Part shown: one piece after another, positions 1-8,829 of the stretch | Layout: each line of letters starts with the position of its first letter | Numbering within the stretch: the first letter of the stretch is position 1 | NCBI GenBank assembly: GCA_965215195.1 | Contig: CBDCDC010000002.1 | Location: 960,001-1,024,000 of the forward strand | DNA from: Candidatus Latescibacterota bacterium | Lineage (GTDB): Bacteria > Latescibacterota > UBA2968 > UBA8231 | Length of the DNA: 64,000 bases | Direction: 5' to 3' | Program-made: the position numbers and the translations under genes | Notes under the pieces: model-generated | What the model was told of the DNA's origin: nothing | The model's database searches: none | The model's input: the letters and a program-made list of their open reading frames with translations, nothing else

Positions 1-1456
1 CCGGCGGTGCCCCGCACGGCCCGTCCGTCAGCTCAGAGGCGGCCGAAAGCCGACTCCAGTCGTAGCGCAACCCGGTCGTCCACTCGGCCCGCGGACTGAT
101 TTCATACACGCCTTGGGCGTAGCCAGAGACGGTCATCAGGGAGCGCACCCCGAGGAAATCGCCGGGCGAGCGCACTAAATCGGCCACTGAGGCCAGCCCC
201 AGCGTCCAGTTCCAACCGCGCAACCCGGTGTAGTCGAACTGACCTTCGCCCGAAATTTTGTGCCCAATTGAAGCCAAGCCGCCAGCCGCCGCGTTGTTGA
301 CAAAATCCGTGCGGTAATACCCCAGCTTGAGCCGGTAGCCCAAGTCGCTGTGTGCCAAGTGGTAGTACTCAGAGTTGAGGTGCAGCTTCCACGAGGTGGT
401 ATGGGCTGGGGCGTCGGCTGCGGACACGGCCAGCGGCTGGCTGCGGTCGCGCCACTGGACGAAGACCCCGCGATCGTCCAGCGCCCAGTTGCCCATCACG
501 CGCCAATAGCTCGTCGGCGAGAAGCGATGCACCGCTTTGGCGTAGAGGTGATAGCGGCGGCTATCGCCGTTTTGGTGATAGCCAGTGCCCCGATTGTGCC
601 CCCCGCTCAGGGCCAAGCCGGTCCGGCCCCAGGCTCGGTTGTGGCTTACGTCTAATCCGACAAAGTGCATCGGGGACTCGCTCCAGCGCCACTGGCTATA
701 CGCCGGCTGGCTATACAGCCCGCTGAGCAACCGAAAGCGGGTGCCCGGCGCACGCGCTGGATCGCGGGTCAGCACGTTGATTACCCCGCCCAAAGCCCCG
801 GTGCCGTACAGGGCCGAGCCAGCCCCTTTGACCACCTCCACGCGCTCGACTTGCTGCAAGGGCACGGCATCCCACTTGATGTCGCCCAGATCGGACGACA
901 GCAGCGGGAACCCATCCACCAGCATCAGCAGCCGACTGCCCGTGCCGCGACTGTAGCCGCTCGATCCGCGGACGACGGGCTGGTTCCCTACTTGGCTGAT
1001 GCCCGAGACATAGCGCAGAGGACCGGTCAGGGAGAAGGCGTTGTGATCGGCGATGCGCTCGGCATCGGCTACGGAGATGCTAATGGGGGCTTGGGCAAAG
1101 GTCTGGGAGCGGCGGGCAGCAGAGACGACTAGTTCGGGAACTTCGACGGCCGTAGGTTCGAGAGCGACGACGTGCTCCTCCTCCCCGGGTGCAACGCCGT
1201 GCAGGGTGTGCGAGCGATAGCCAATATGCGAACACAGCAGATCGTAGCGGCCGGGGGGCAAGCCCTCGATCCGGCAGTAGCCCTGTTCGTTGGCGTATCC
1301 CCCGAATTCCGTCCCCAACACCGCCAACGTCGCCCTCGGTAGCGGGGTTTGGTCGCTGGCGTCGCGGACGCGGACGACGATGTCAGCGGCCGAGCTCGGC
1401 CAACAGTTCAGCAGGCAAAGCGCGCTCGCACAAAGCAGTGCTAGGCTCGGTCTCAT
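1..1456 (-). CDS. TonB-dependent receptor with N-terminal carboxypeptidase-regulatory-like domain (runs off the left edge)
   Basis: Not in the ORF track; translated by hand from ATG 1456: signal peptide MRPSLALLCASALCLLNCWPSSAA, then ...GYCRIEGLPPGRYDLLCSHIGY..., 'ELVVSAARRSQT', plug motifs 'LLMLVDGFP' and 'QVERVEVVKGAGSALYGTGALGGVINVLT'. Confidence 0.9.
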   Translation of the reverse strand, partial: MRPSLALLCASALCLLNCWPSSAADIVVRVRDASDQTPLPRATLAVLGTEFGGYANEQGYCRIEGLPPGRYDLLCSHIGYRSHTLHGVAPGEEEHVVALEPTAVEVPELVVSAARRSQTFAQAPISISVADAERIADHNAFSLTGPLRYVSGISQVGNQPVVRGSSGYSRGTGSRLLMLVDGFPLLSSDLGDIKWDAVPLQQVERVEVVKGAGSALYGTGALGGVINVLTRDPARAPGTRFRLLSGLYSQPAYSQWRWSESPMHFVGLDVSHNRAWGRTGLALSGGHNRGTGYHQNGDSRRYHLYAKAVHRFSPTSYWRVMGNWALDDRGVFVQWRDRSQPLAVSAADAPAHTTSWKLHLNSEYYHLAHSDLGYRLKLGYYRTDFVNNAAAGGLASIGHKISGEGQFDYTGLRGWNWTLGLASVADLVRSPGDFLGVRSLMTVSGYAQGVYEISPRAEWTTGLRYDWSRLSAASELTDGPCGAPP

Positions 1457-1895
1457 GGTCCAACACAGCGAAGTTGATCTCAATGTCGATATCGGTAGTG
1501 ACTTCTCCGGGCCCGACTTCCACCGGCGAGGGGCGGTCGGCCCCAGGTAGGTGATAGCAGCCCCAAAGCGAGGTAAGGTTCCAGAACTGGTCCTCCTCGC
1601 GCCAAGCCACGATAATCCACTGATATACGTCTTCCCCGTCTAAGGGAACGAAGTAGTTATAGAACTCGGCCCCGAGCGCGACCTCGGTATCCCAGCCGTT
1701 GATCCTAAGAAAATCGGCAACCGAAGCCGGGGCCTCGCGATAGACGGCCACGGCCACCTGCCCCACATTTGCGGGCCACTCGCCGACAAAGTGCAGCCGA
1801 CCGGCGATCCCGGCCTGCCCGCTGGCCTCGACCTCGAGACCGCGGTCGCAGCCCCAGCACAAGGCTAGGGCCGTGCTCAAACGCCAAAACGGCAC
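1383..1895 (-). CDS. Putative lipoprotein, unknown function
   Basis: Lipobox-like LALCWGC; lies between a lipoprotein gene and the TonB receptor in the same orientation. Confidence 0.7.
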   Translation of the reverse strand: MPFWRLSTALALCWGCDRGLEVEASGQAGIAGRLHFVGEWPANVGQVAVAVYREAPASVADFLRINGWDTEVALGAEFYNYFVPLDGEDVYQWIIVAWREEDQFWNLTSLWGCYHLPGADRPSPVEVGPGEVTTDIDIEINFAVLDHETEPSTALCERALPAELLAELGR

Positions 1896-1901
1896 GGCCT
1901 A

Positions 1902-2423
1902 CTATCCAGCCGCCTCGGCCGCCGCAGCCGCCGCTTCGGCCGCGGCCGAGACTTCGGCCACGTCAAATTCTGCGCCGTCAATGGTTATCGTCCCGGTAGC
2001 AGACAAATCAGTGCCCTCAATCGCGAGCGCCATATCGAGCATTAGTTCGGCGTCCTGCGCGCCAGAAAGGAAAACCGTCCCGGTCAGCGGAATGGGCGTC
2101 TGGTCCAAGCCGACGGTCAAGGTGCCGTTGATTATCAACGCACCATCGGGCGAGAAGTCCTGCAACGTCCATTCAGGGCCGGCGATTTCCACCGAGCCGC
2201 CGCCCTCCCCTTCCACCGACGTCTGATCGACCAGCACGGCGAAGAACACAGTCGTAAAACTGGTGACCAGCGTACCGTATAAGGCTACGATTTCAGGCGT
2301 TATCTCGGCCAACGGTTCCGGCTCGGGCTCCACCGGCGTGGATTCGTCGTCGTCGCCACAAGCGGCCAGCACCAGAGCGCTGCACAGGAATAGGGTCGTG
2401 GTTTTATCCAGCCATTTGCGCAT
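1902..2423 (-). CDS. Putative lipoprotein, unknown function
   Basis: Start revised to MRKWLDKTTTLFLCSALVLAAC (lipobox LAAC) with GGAG RBS upstream; acidic beta-rich body. Confidence 0.75.
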   Translation of the reverse strand: MRKWLDKTTTLFLCSALVLAACGDDDESTPVEPEPEPLAEITPEIVALYGTLVTSFTTVFFAVLVDQTSVEGEGGGSVEIAGPEWTLQDFSPDGALIINGTLTVGLDQTPIPLTGTVFLSGAQDAELMLDMALAIEGTDLSATGTITIDGAEFDVAEVSAAAEAAAAAAEAAG

Positions 2424-2493
2424 GATTGTATCTCCTAAAGGGATTAAGTGCGCCAAGCCGTGCCCGACGCACAGATTAAATAGGTTGCCCCGC

Positions 2494-3600
2494 TCAAGAG
2501 GCAATTTCGCGCCCCTGAACGTAGCGCACCAAAGCCTTTTCGTCCAGCGCACAACCCAAGCCCGGCTGCATGGGCGTGGGCACGTACCCATCGACAAACC
2601 GGATCGGCTCAACGATCAGGTCGTCCTCGCGGGTCCAGCTCCCCACAAAATCCGAGGCCATCGTGCAGTTGGGCGCGGCCGCGGCCGCGTGGATATACGC
2701 GGTATCGACAATGCCCAAGTCGTTGCCCGAGCCGTGCCAGCAGCGCAGACCCGCAGCCGCTGCTATGGCCGCATTCTTCTGAAAGCCCACGAGACTGCCG
2801 CCCAAGTTTAGGCAATCAACGACCTCGGCCTTGATGGCGCGGATGATGTCTGGGCCGCGCCCCAAGTGCATGGCCACCGGCAGGTCAATCGCCTCGTGGA
2901 TCTGGACGTAACCTTGCAAATCGGATTTGGGGATGGGATCCTCAAAAACCTCGACATTGCCCACCGCCGCAAGCTGCTGCGCCAGCTCAATGGTCTGCTC
3001 GGCCGTGTGGAAGCGCTCGTTGGGATCGACCGTAACCTTGAAATCCACTCCGCCCACCGCGCGCATGGCCTCCAGCCTTTCGACCATCGGCTCCTCGATC
3101 TTGCACTTGATCTTGACGCCTGTGAACCCGTGCTCAAGCGCCCGCTCGACCGCCCGCTTGCCGTCTTCCGGCGTCTGGTGCCCCATCCAGTAGTCGGCGC
3201 GCACCCGGTCGCGCACCGCACCGCCCAGCAACGCGTGTACCGGCACTTGGCGAGCCTTGCCCACCAAGTCAAAAACAGCCATCTCAAAGGCGTCATACGC
3301 CGGCCCGGCCCCCACCGTCGGCAATGCCTCGGTGCCGTCGTGGCGGGCGGCGAAAATATCCTGCAAGGTCAGTTGCTCGGGGTCTTTGCCCAGCAGCCGA
3401 GCCGCCCCTTCGCGGGCTTGTTCTATCGGCACACCGCGCCCGGTCTCGCCCAAGCCCACCAGCTCAGTATCCGTATTCAGGCGCACGATGTGCTTGGGCA
3501 CTTGGTCCCACCCAGTTTCGGCGACGCATTCCGGGCTGTGTACCCGCCCGGGGATCGTCGGCACCACTACGGTCCAAATATCGACAGACGTTATTTTCAT
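2494..3600 (-). CDS. Mandelate racemase/muconate lactonizing enzyme (enolase superfamily)
   Basis: EMAVFDLVGK...PVHALLGG, KIK, DPNE, EDP motifs, PGLG near the C-terminus. Confidence 0.9.
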   Translation of the reverse strand: MKITSVDIWTVVVPTIPGRVHSPECVAETGWDQVPKHIVRLNTDTELVGLGETGRGVPIEQAREGAARLLGKDPEQLTLQDIFAARHDGTEALPTVGAGPAYDAFEMAVFDLVGKARQVPVHALLGGAVRDRVRADYWMGHQTPEDGKRAVERALEHGFTGVKIKCKIEEPMVERLEAMRAVGGVDFKVTVDPNERFHTAEQTIELAQQLAAVGNVEVFEDPIPKSDLQGYVQIHEAIDLPVAMHLGRGPDIIRAIKAEVVDCLNLGGSLVGFQKNAAIAAAAGLRCWHGSGNDLGIVDTAYIHAAAAAPNCTMASDFVGSWTREDDLIVEPIRFVDGYVPTPMQPGLGCALDEKALVRYVQGREIAS

Positions 3601-3678
3601 ACTATGCCCCCTTGTGAATGCCGTTGGCCTATTTCAGGTAATGGGCTACGCACCCGAAAGCACCAATGCTCGCCATTT

Positions 3679-4743
3679 TTACGGTATAAAACTCGTCTTT
3701 TCATCGACGGTCAGCGCAAACTCCGCCAACAGCCGTGCGGCGTGGTCCAAGTCGGCCAAGGACGCGATCTCGACCGGCGTGTGCATGTAGCGCTGCGGTA
3801 CGCTGACCAAGCCAGTGGCCACCCCGGCCCGACTGAGCTGGATGGCGTTGGCGTCCGTGCCCGTGCCGCCTGGGTCGGCTTGGATCTGATGGGGAATTTT
3901 CTTCTTTTTCGCCACCTGCACCAGCCGCTCATGCACGACCGGGTTGGCGTTGGCCCCGCGCAAAATGACCGGGCCGCCGCCCAGCTTGCACTCTCCGACT
4001 TGGCGCTTGTCGATATCTGGATGGTCCGTTGCCCAAGTGACATCCACGGCAATGCCCACCAGCGGATCGACTCCGTACGCACTGGTCTTGGCACCGCGCA
4101 ACCCCACTTCCTCCTGTGCCGTAGCCACCGCATACACGGCCGCGTGGCACTTGCGCTTGGCGCGGCTCACTCGCCGCAGCGCCTCGGCCACCACCCAAGC
4201 ACCGGCCTTGTTGTCAATCCCCCGCGACACCACCAGCCCATTGCGCAGCTCCTCGAAGTTGGCGTCGTAGGTCACCGGGTCGCCGATGGCCACCAGTTGC
4301 CGGGCCTCGTCCGCGTCGGCTGCGCCGATGTCAATCCACAAGTCGTGTTTGTTCGGTACTTTGATCCGGTCCGCTTCCTTCATCAAGTGAATGGGCTTTT
4401 TGCCCAACACGCCCAAGACCGGCCCTTGCGCCGCGTGGATGCGCACCTTGCGGCCCGGCACGATCTGCAAGTCAAAGCCGCCGATGGTGTCAAAGTAGAG
4501 ATAGCCCTTGTCGTCGATGTAAACGATCTGGAAACCCAGTTCGTCGGCGTGCCCGGCGAACATGATCTTGGGGCGACCGGCCTCGTGGTAGCAGCCGATG
4601 GTATTGCCGTGGACATCAACTTCGACGCGGTCAGCGTACTTTTCTACCGCGGCCTTCCACACCGCCCGCACCGGTCCTTCATAACCCGAAGGGCCAGGGG
4701 CCTTGAGTAGATCGACGAGAAACCGCTTGGATGCTGGACGCAT
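3679..4743 (-). CDS. M42 family metallo-aminopeptidase
   Basis: GPSGYE, GHADELG, DNKAG, QEEVGLRGA, GGTGTDA, RYMHTPVE motifs. Confidence 0.93.
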   Translation of the reverse strand: MRPASKRFLVDLLKAPGPSGYEGPVRAVWKAAVEKYADRVEVDVHGNTIGCYHEAGRPKIMFAGHADELGFQIVYIDDKGYLYFDTIGGFDLQIVPGRKVRIHAAQGPVLGVLGKKPIHLMKEADRIKVPNKHDLWIDIGAADADEARQLVAIGDPVTYDANFEELRNGLVVSRGIDNKAGAWVVAEALRRVSRAKRKCHAAVYAVATAQEEVGLRGAKTSAYGVDPLVGIAVDVTWATDHPDIDKRQVGECKLGGGPVILRGANANPVVHERLVQVAKKKKIPHQIQADPGGTGTDANAIQLSRAGVATGLVSVPQRYMHTPVEIASLADLDHAARLLAEFALTVDEKTSFIP

Positions 4744-4752
4744 AGAGTCTCC

Positions 4753-6201
4753 TTATGGTTTAGCAGGTTTAAGCACAGTCCCCACCGCGCAGATGACCGA
4801 GTTGACAATGAGGCCGACGACCCCGGCGTGAAAGCCCCATACCATCGGTTTTTCCCCCAAGGTCAACCCCAGTGCCACCGCCAGCCCGCAGACCATGCCG
4901 ATCAGGGCCGTGCCCGCGGTGAGCCGCTTCCAGTACAGCCCCATAAAGAAACAGGGCACAACTTGAATGAGGATCTCGAACTTCAATTCTAGGAGGCGGA
5001 CCAAGGTGATGTCCACGCCAATCGCCACCCAGATTAAGGCGATGACGATCACCCACGTACTGATTTTGCCCACTTTTGTCAGCTCGGCCTCTTTGGCTTG
5101 GGGCCGGAAATAGGGCTGGTACACGTCCTTGGTGAACATCGACGAAATCGACAAGAGTGCCGAGTCGGCCGTCGACATCAGCGCGGCCAGCGCAGCGGCG
5201 AAGACCGCCACCACCAGCCAGTAGGCCAGCGCGGAATCGCCCATCACCATCGCGCAGAGCCGCGCCAGCACTTGGTCGCTGTCTTCTCGGCTCAGTTCGG
5301 GCAAGGCCACAGCGGCCGTCAGGCCGCAGATCAAGGCTACCAATGTAGTAGTAAGCGGCATGAAAGCCATCAGGATCAGCGAGCGTTTGAGCACCGCCAC
5401 CGAGCGGCTGGCGTAGAGCCGCTGAATGGCCTGCGGATAAATGGCCGCCCCGCACCCCAAGAGCAGGGCGTAGCTGATCCACTTGTTCGCGCCCTCCAAG
5501 CTGGGCGCTTGGACCTTGGGCGGATCCATTTCGCTGAGTTGGGCAACCACCTGCCCCAAGCCTCCCCACTTTGAGGGAATGAGGAAGACCAAGATGCCAA
5601 ATCCCAGCAGCAGGATCCCCCCCTGCATGACATCGGTCCACGCCACCGAGCGCATCCCTCCGAGGGTCTCGTACACGACCATGATCACCGCCAAGCCGAT
5701 GATGCCGTACGCGGCCGGGACGGCCCCATGGGTGATCCCCTCTACGGCCGCGCCCATGGCCGTGAGCTGGGCCAGCGCGTAATTGCACAATGCGTAGATC
5801 ATCAAGACCGTACTCAGCAGGGTCAGTACCGGCGAGGAGAAGCGATAGGAGATGTAGTCGCCCGGGGTGATGAACCCCTCGCGGCGCGCCAGGGCCACGA
5901 GGCGCGGGGCAAAGAGCAGATAGCCGACGATGACCGAAAACATAAAGAGCACCGACGCCGTCCACTCAAAGCCGATGCGGTAGGTCTTGCCCGTGTAGCC
6001 AAAGAGCGTGTTGCCGCTGTATTGGGTAGCGTACAGCGTCAGGAAAAGCACGGCCAAGCCCATTGAGCGGCCCGCCAAATAAAAGTCGGCCATGCTGTTG
6101 GAACGCCGCTTCTGCCGCGCGATCCACCCCACGCCGATCATGGACAGCAGATACAACCCCACGGCCAGCAGCGCACCCGGGCCAAAGACCAATTCGTCCA
6201 T
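4753..6201 (-). CDS. Sodium:solute symporter family protein
   Basis: DFYLAGRSMG, LGGMRSVAWTDVMQG, AALMSTADS; many TM helices. Confidence 0.93.
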   Translation of the reverse strand: MDELVFGPGALLAVGLYLLSMIGVGWIARQKRRSNSMADFYLAGRSMGLAVLFLTLYATQYSGNTLFGYTGKTYRIGFEWTASVLFMFSVIVGYLLFAPRLVALARREGFITPGDYISYRFSSPVLTLLSTVLMIYALCNYALAQLTAMGAAVEGITHGAVPAAYGIIGLAVIMVVYETLGGMRSVAWTDVMQGGILLLGFGILVFLIPSKWGGLGQVVAQLSEMDPPKVQAPSLEGANKWISYALLLGCGAAIYPQAIQRLYASRSVAVLKRSLILMAFMPLTTTLVALICGLTAAVALPELSREDSDQVLARLCAMVMGDSALAYWLVVAVFAAALAALMSTADSALLSISSMFTKDVYQPYFRPQAKEAELTKVGKISTWVIVIALIWVAIGVDITLVRLLELKFEILIQVVPCFFMGLYWKRLTAGTALIGMVCGLAVALGLTLGEKPMVWGFHAGVVGLIVNSVICAVGTVLKPAKP

Positions 6202-6441
6202 CTAGCCCGCCTCCTCGTCTTCGGTCCAGTAGCGGTGGATCACCCACCCCGTCCAAACAGCCAACAGCAACACCGCCCCCAGCGATACCGCCACCCACAG
6301 CGGAAAGCCCAACACCAGCGGCCCCCGATACCCCTCGGGCCAATACCAAGGGACGGCCAGCGCGTAGAGCAGCAAATAGACGATCCAGATGTAGCCGACC
6401 TTGCGCGGCTCAGACGCGAGTTGTTCTTGCGAGTCATTCAT
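6202..6441 (-). CDS. Small two-TM accessory membrane protein of the SSS transporter (DUF997/DUF3311-like)
   Basis: MNDSQEQ...LAVPWYWP...VLGFPLWV; abuts the symporter start; the longer ORF-track start (6714) is not supported. Confidence 0.75.
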   Translation of the reverse strand: MNDSQEQLASEPRKVGYIWIVYLLLYALAVPWYWPEGYRGPLVLGFPLWVAVSLGAVLLLAVWTGWVIHRYWTEDEEAG

Positions 6442-6714
6442 AAAGGGCAAATCAAAGCGCAGACACCGGAATTGACAAGGCCGCCGGCACCGATCCAATC
6501 GGAGTCCAAGCACACCGACAGCACACTCAAAGTGGTCGAGAGGCCCTCGGATGGAGCGTTTTGCGAGGGCGAGACGCCCTCGGTCCTCGATTGTTTTCTG
6601 CACACAAGGGACGATACCCAGAATGTTCAGGTAATCCTGATGGATTTGATGCGAGACCGATACGGCCCTTGGATGCTGCTGACTCTTGGCAATGTAACCT
6701 CCAGCCTGAGGCAC

Positions 6715-7263
6715 TCAAAACAGGTCGCCGATATGCAGCCTGAAGCCTTGCAGTGTCGGCGAAGTCAATGTCGCCCTCTCCCCGTAGATACCCACGACCT
6801 CGAAGTCGCGCTCGCCGAACAGCAGGACCGTTATGCTTTTTTCGCCAGCTTCCACTATCCAGTACTCGTTCACGCCGTGTCTGGCATACAGCGCACGCTT
6901 GAACGTCTTGTCGCGTTCCGCTGTTGAGGGAGACAGGATTTCGACGACCAAGTCCGGCGCACCCTGAATGTTCGCCGAGGTGATGATGTGGCCGCGTTCA
7001 TTGGAGACGAAGATCAGATCGGGCTGTACCACGTCGAGGTCCGACAGCACCACGTCGAAGGGCGCGGAATAAACCTTCCCCAAGCGATTCTCCGCCACAA
7101 ATTGAAACAGTTTCGATCCTAGTAGGATGGAAACGCTCTGATGACGTTCTCCGGGTGAGGGGGTCATAATCAACTCTCCATCCAGAAGCTCGTAGCGCTT
7201 GTCTTCCGGCGCATTCAGATAGTCTTCGTAGGTAAACTTGACTATGGGATTGGGGATGGTCAT
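6715..7263 (-). CDS. Uma2 family endonuclease
   Basis: MTIPNPIVKFTYEDY...RYELLDGELIMTPSP...VQPDLIF...GAPDLVVEILSPST...K..LYARHGVNEYWIV; GAGAGG RBS before ATG 7263. Confidence 0.92.
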   Translation of the reverse strand: MTIPNPIVKFTYEDYLNAPEDKRYELLDGELIMTPSPGERHQSVSILLGSKLFQFVAENRLGKVYSAPFDVVLSDLDVVQPDLIFVSNERGHIITSANIQGAPDLVVEILSPSTAERDKTFKRALYARHGVNEYWIVEAGEKSITVLLFGERDFEVVGIYGERATLTSPTLQGFRLHIGDLF

Positions 7264-7325
7264 GGTTGCCGTCCTCTCTAGTGATGCGTTGCTTGCGGGA
7301 CGCAGACTTGAGCCGAGTGGTCTGG

Positions 7326-7749
7326 TTCCTTCGGCGTTGCCGTAAGGCCGAGTTGGATGGCTGGCTCGAAATAATCGAGGATCTCCCGCCACGCACTGCC
7401 CCGGTGGCACTCGTCAATGACCACCAAGTCGAAAAATTCTCGGCTGAACTGCCGGTAAATGTTCTTCTCCGCCTCGCTGCCGCTGACGGCTTGGTAGAGC
7501 GCAATGTAAATCTCGTAACTCGGGTCCATATCGCGGTTGCGGCCCTTGGTCATCACCGAACCAAGTCGCAGTCTGGTCCACGAGGAACAGCACCCGCTTA
7601 ACTTTCTCGGCTTTCCACAGCCGCCATATAATCTGAAAGACAGAGAACGTCTTGCCGGTGCCGGTGGCCATGACCAGCAGCACCCGGCGCTGTCCCCGCG
7701 CAATGGCTTCGACCGCCCGCTGAACGGCAACGCGCTGATAAGTGTCCAC
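7326..7749 (-). pseudogene. hsdR: Type I restriction subunit R (EcoAI-type helicase core) fragment, frameshifted
   Basis: One frame gives [31 protein letters not shown]...RVLFLVD; another gives [23 protein letters not shown]...GLTATPKE. Both ends missing. Confidence 0.85.
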
Positions 7750-7757
7750 GACATAAT

Positions 7758-7988
7758 TTATCGCTCGCGCTCACGGCGTATATCACTCACAATATCCCCC
7801 CAAGATCTATCGGCCAGCCGCTGTCGCCATTCCTCGACTTTGTGTACTTGGCTTCCCTGAGTGAGTTGCACTTCGCGCTCCAAGATCAGTTTGATCTGCG
7901 TCTGTAAGCTGCGCCCATTCGCCTTGGTCATTTCCTGCAAGCGTCGATAAACGTGCTCATCGACATCGCGTATAGTAAGAGCTTTCAT
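7758..7988 (-). CDS. FitA/Arc-like ribbon-helix-helix antitoxin (orphan)
   Basis: [40 protein letters not shown] pattern; C-terminal '[11 protein letters not shown]' typical of VapB/FitA-like antitoxins. Confidence 0.8.
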   Translation of the reverse strand: MKALTIRDVDEHVYRRLQEMTKANGRSLQTQIKLILEREVQLTQGSQVHKVEEWRQRLADRSWGDIVSDIRRERER

Positions 7989-7990
7989 AT

Positions 7991-8027
7991 GATGACGTTT
8001 TCAAAAAAACAACATCAAAATGTCATC
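7991..8027. promoter_or_regulatory. Inverted repeat, probable autoregulatory operator of the RHH antitoxin
   Basis: GATGACGTTTT-N15-AAAATGTCATC (1 mismatch) immediately upstream of ATG 7988; minus-strand TTGACT at 8033-8028. Confidence 0.55.
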
Positions 8028-8090
8028 AAGTCAATGAATAGATAGCCGCCGATCTTCGGCTCCGCGGCGGTGCGCATGTTGCCGAACAAA

Positions 8091-8151
8091 ACGTACACCG
8101 GACTTGACCAAGCTAGCCGCCGGGGGTCAGCGACCGGACAGTAAGCGGCCC
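8091..8151. repeat. Degenerate direct copy of the 3' end of the DUF3604 gene (8831-8897)
   Basis: acgtacaccggact(t/c)gaccaagc at 8091-8113 and 8831-8853; taagcggccc at 8142-8151 and 8888-8897; both encode AWSSPVYV on the minus strand. Confidence 0.8.
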
Positions 8152-8267
8152 TGTTTTGCATGTGGGCCGAGACGAGACAGCAGCGGCGTACGTTGTGACC
8201 CTGCACCGCTTGCCTACCGTGTGGTGCAGAGTCATCTTAAAGAAAAACAACCCTGTGAGGTAAAAAA

Positions 8268-8498
8268 ATGGACAAGCATCAAATCTATCACTCTGATCCC
8301 GAGATCATAGGGGGAACTCCCGTGTTCACGGGCACTCGGGTTCCTGTAGATAGCCTTATCATTCACCTGAAGGCCGGTGATTCTCTCGAGCAATTCCTCG
8401 ATGGCTTCCCAAGCGTAAGCCGCCAGCAAGCCGAGGCATTTCTCGAACTAGCTCTGGCCGAGGTCTTGGAGAGCACACCGCAAGAGCCTTTACCCTGA
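8268..8498 (+). CDS. DUF433 family antitoxin
   Basis: DPEIIGGTPVFTGTRVPV...GDSLEQFLDGFPSVS; GAGG RBS. Confidence 0.9.
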   Translation: MDKHQIYHSDPEIIGGTPVFTGTRVPVDSLIIHLKAGDSLEQFLDGFPSVSRQQAEAFLELALAEVLESTPQEPLP

Positions 8499-8502
8499 CC
8501 TA

Positions 8503-8829
8503 ATGCGCGTCTTACTTGACGAGCAACTCAATTGGCGTCTAGCCCGCGTGTTCAGTGAAGCACACGAAGTTTGTTCCGTCCGTGGGATGGGATGGACCGG
8601 CATGCGCAACGGAGACCTGCTAGATGCAGCAGAGCAAGAGTTCGATGCGCTGGTAACGATGGACCAGAACATGGAACACCAACAGCATTTACCCCAGTAC
8701 AATCTTGCTGTGATCTTGTTGGTATCAAGGAGCAATCGTTTGGAGGATACCGAGAAGTTTGTGCCTGCGATTGAAGACGTACTGGCCACAGGAGTGGATC
8801 GAGGACGGATATACCAACTAACGGGCTAA
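8503..8829 (+). CDS. DUF5615 PIN-like toxin
   Basis: MRVLLDEQL...GWTGMRNGDLL...FDALVTMDQN; 4 nt after the DUF433 gene. Confidence 0.88.
   Translation: MRVLLDEQLNWRLARVFSEAHEVCSVRGMGWTGMRNGDLLDAAEQEFDALVTMDQNMEHQQHLPQYNLAVILLVSRSNRLEDTEKFVPAIEDVLATGVDRGRIYQLTG

Noticed and set aside
2866-4710. 614-aa + strand ORF and many similar long overlapping ORFs
   Set aside because: Antisense or alternate-frame shadows of well-supported genes in GC-rich DNA; no motifs.
6450-6714. Intergenic ORF-like stretch downstream of Uma2
   Set aside because: No recognisable motif in the frames I could read; possibly a relic but unsupported.
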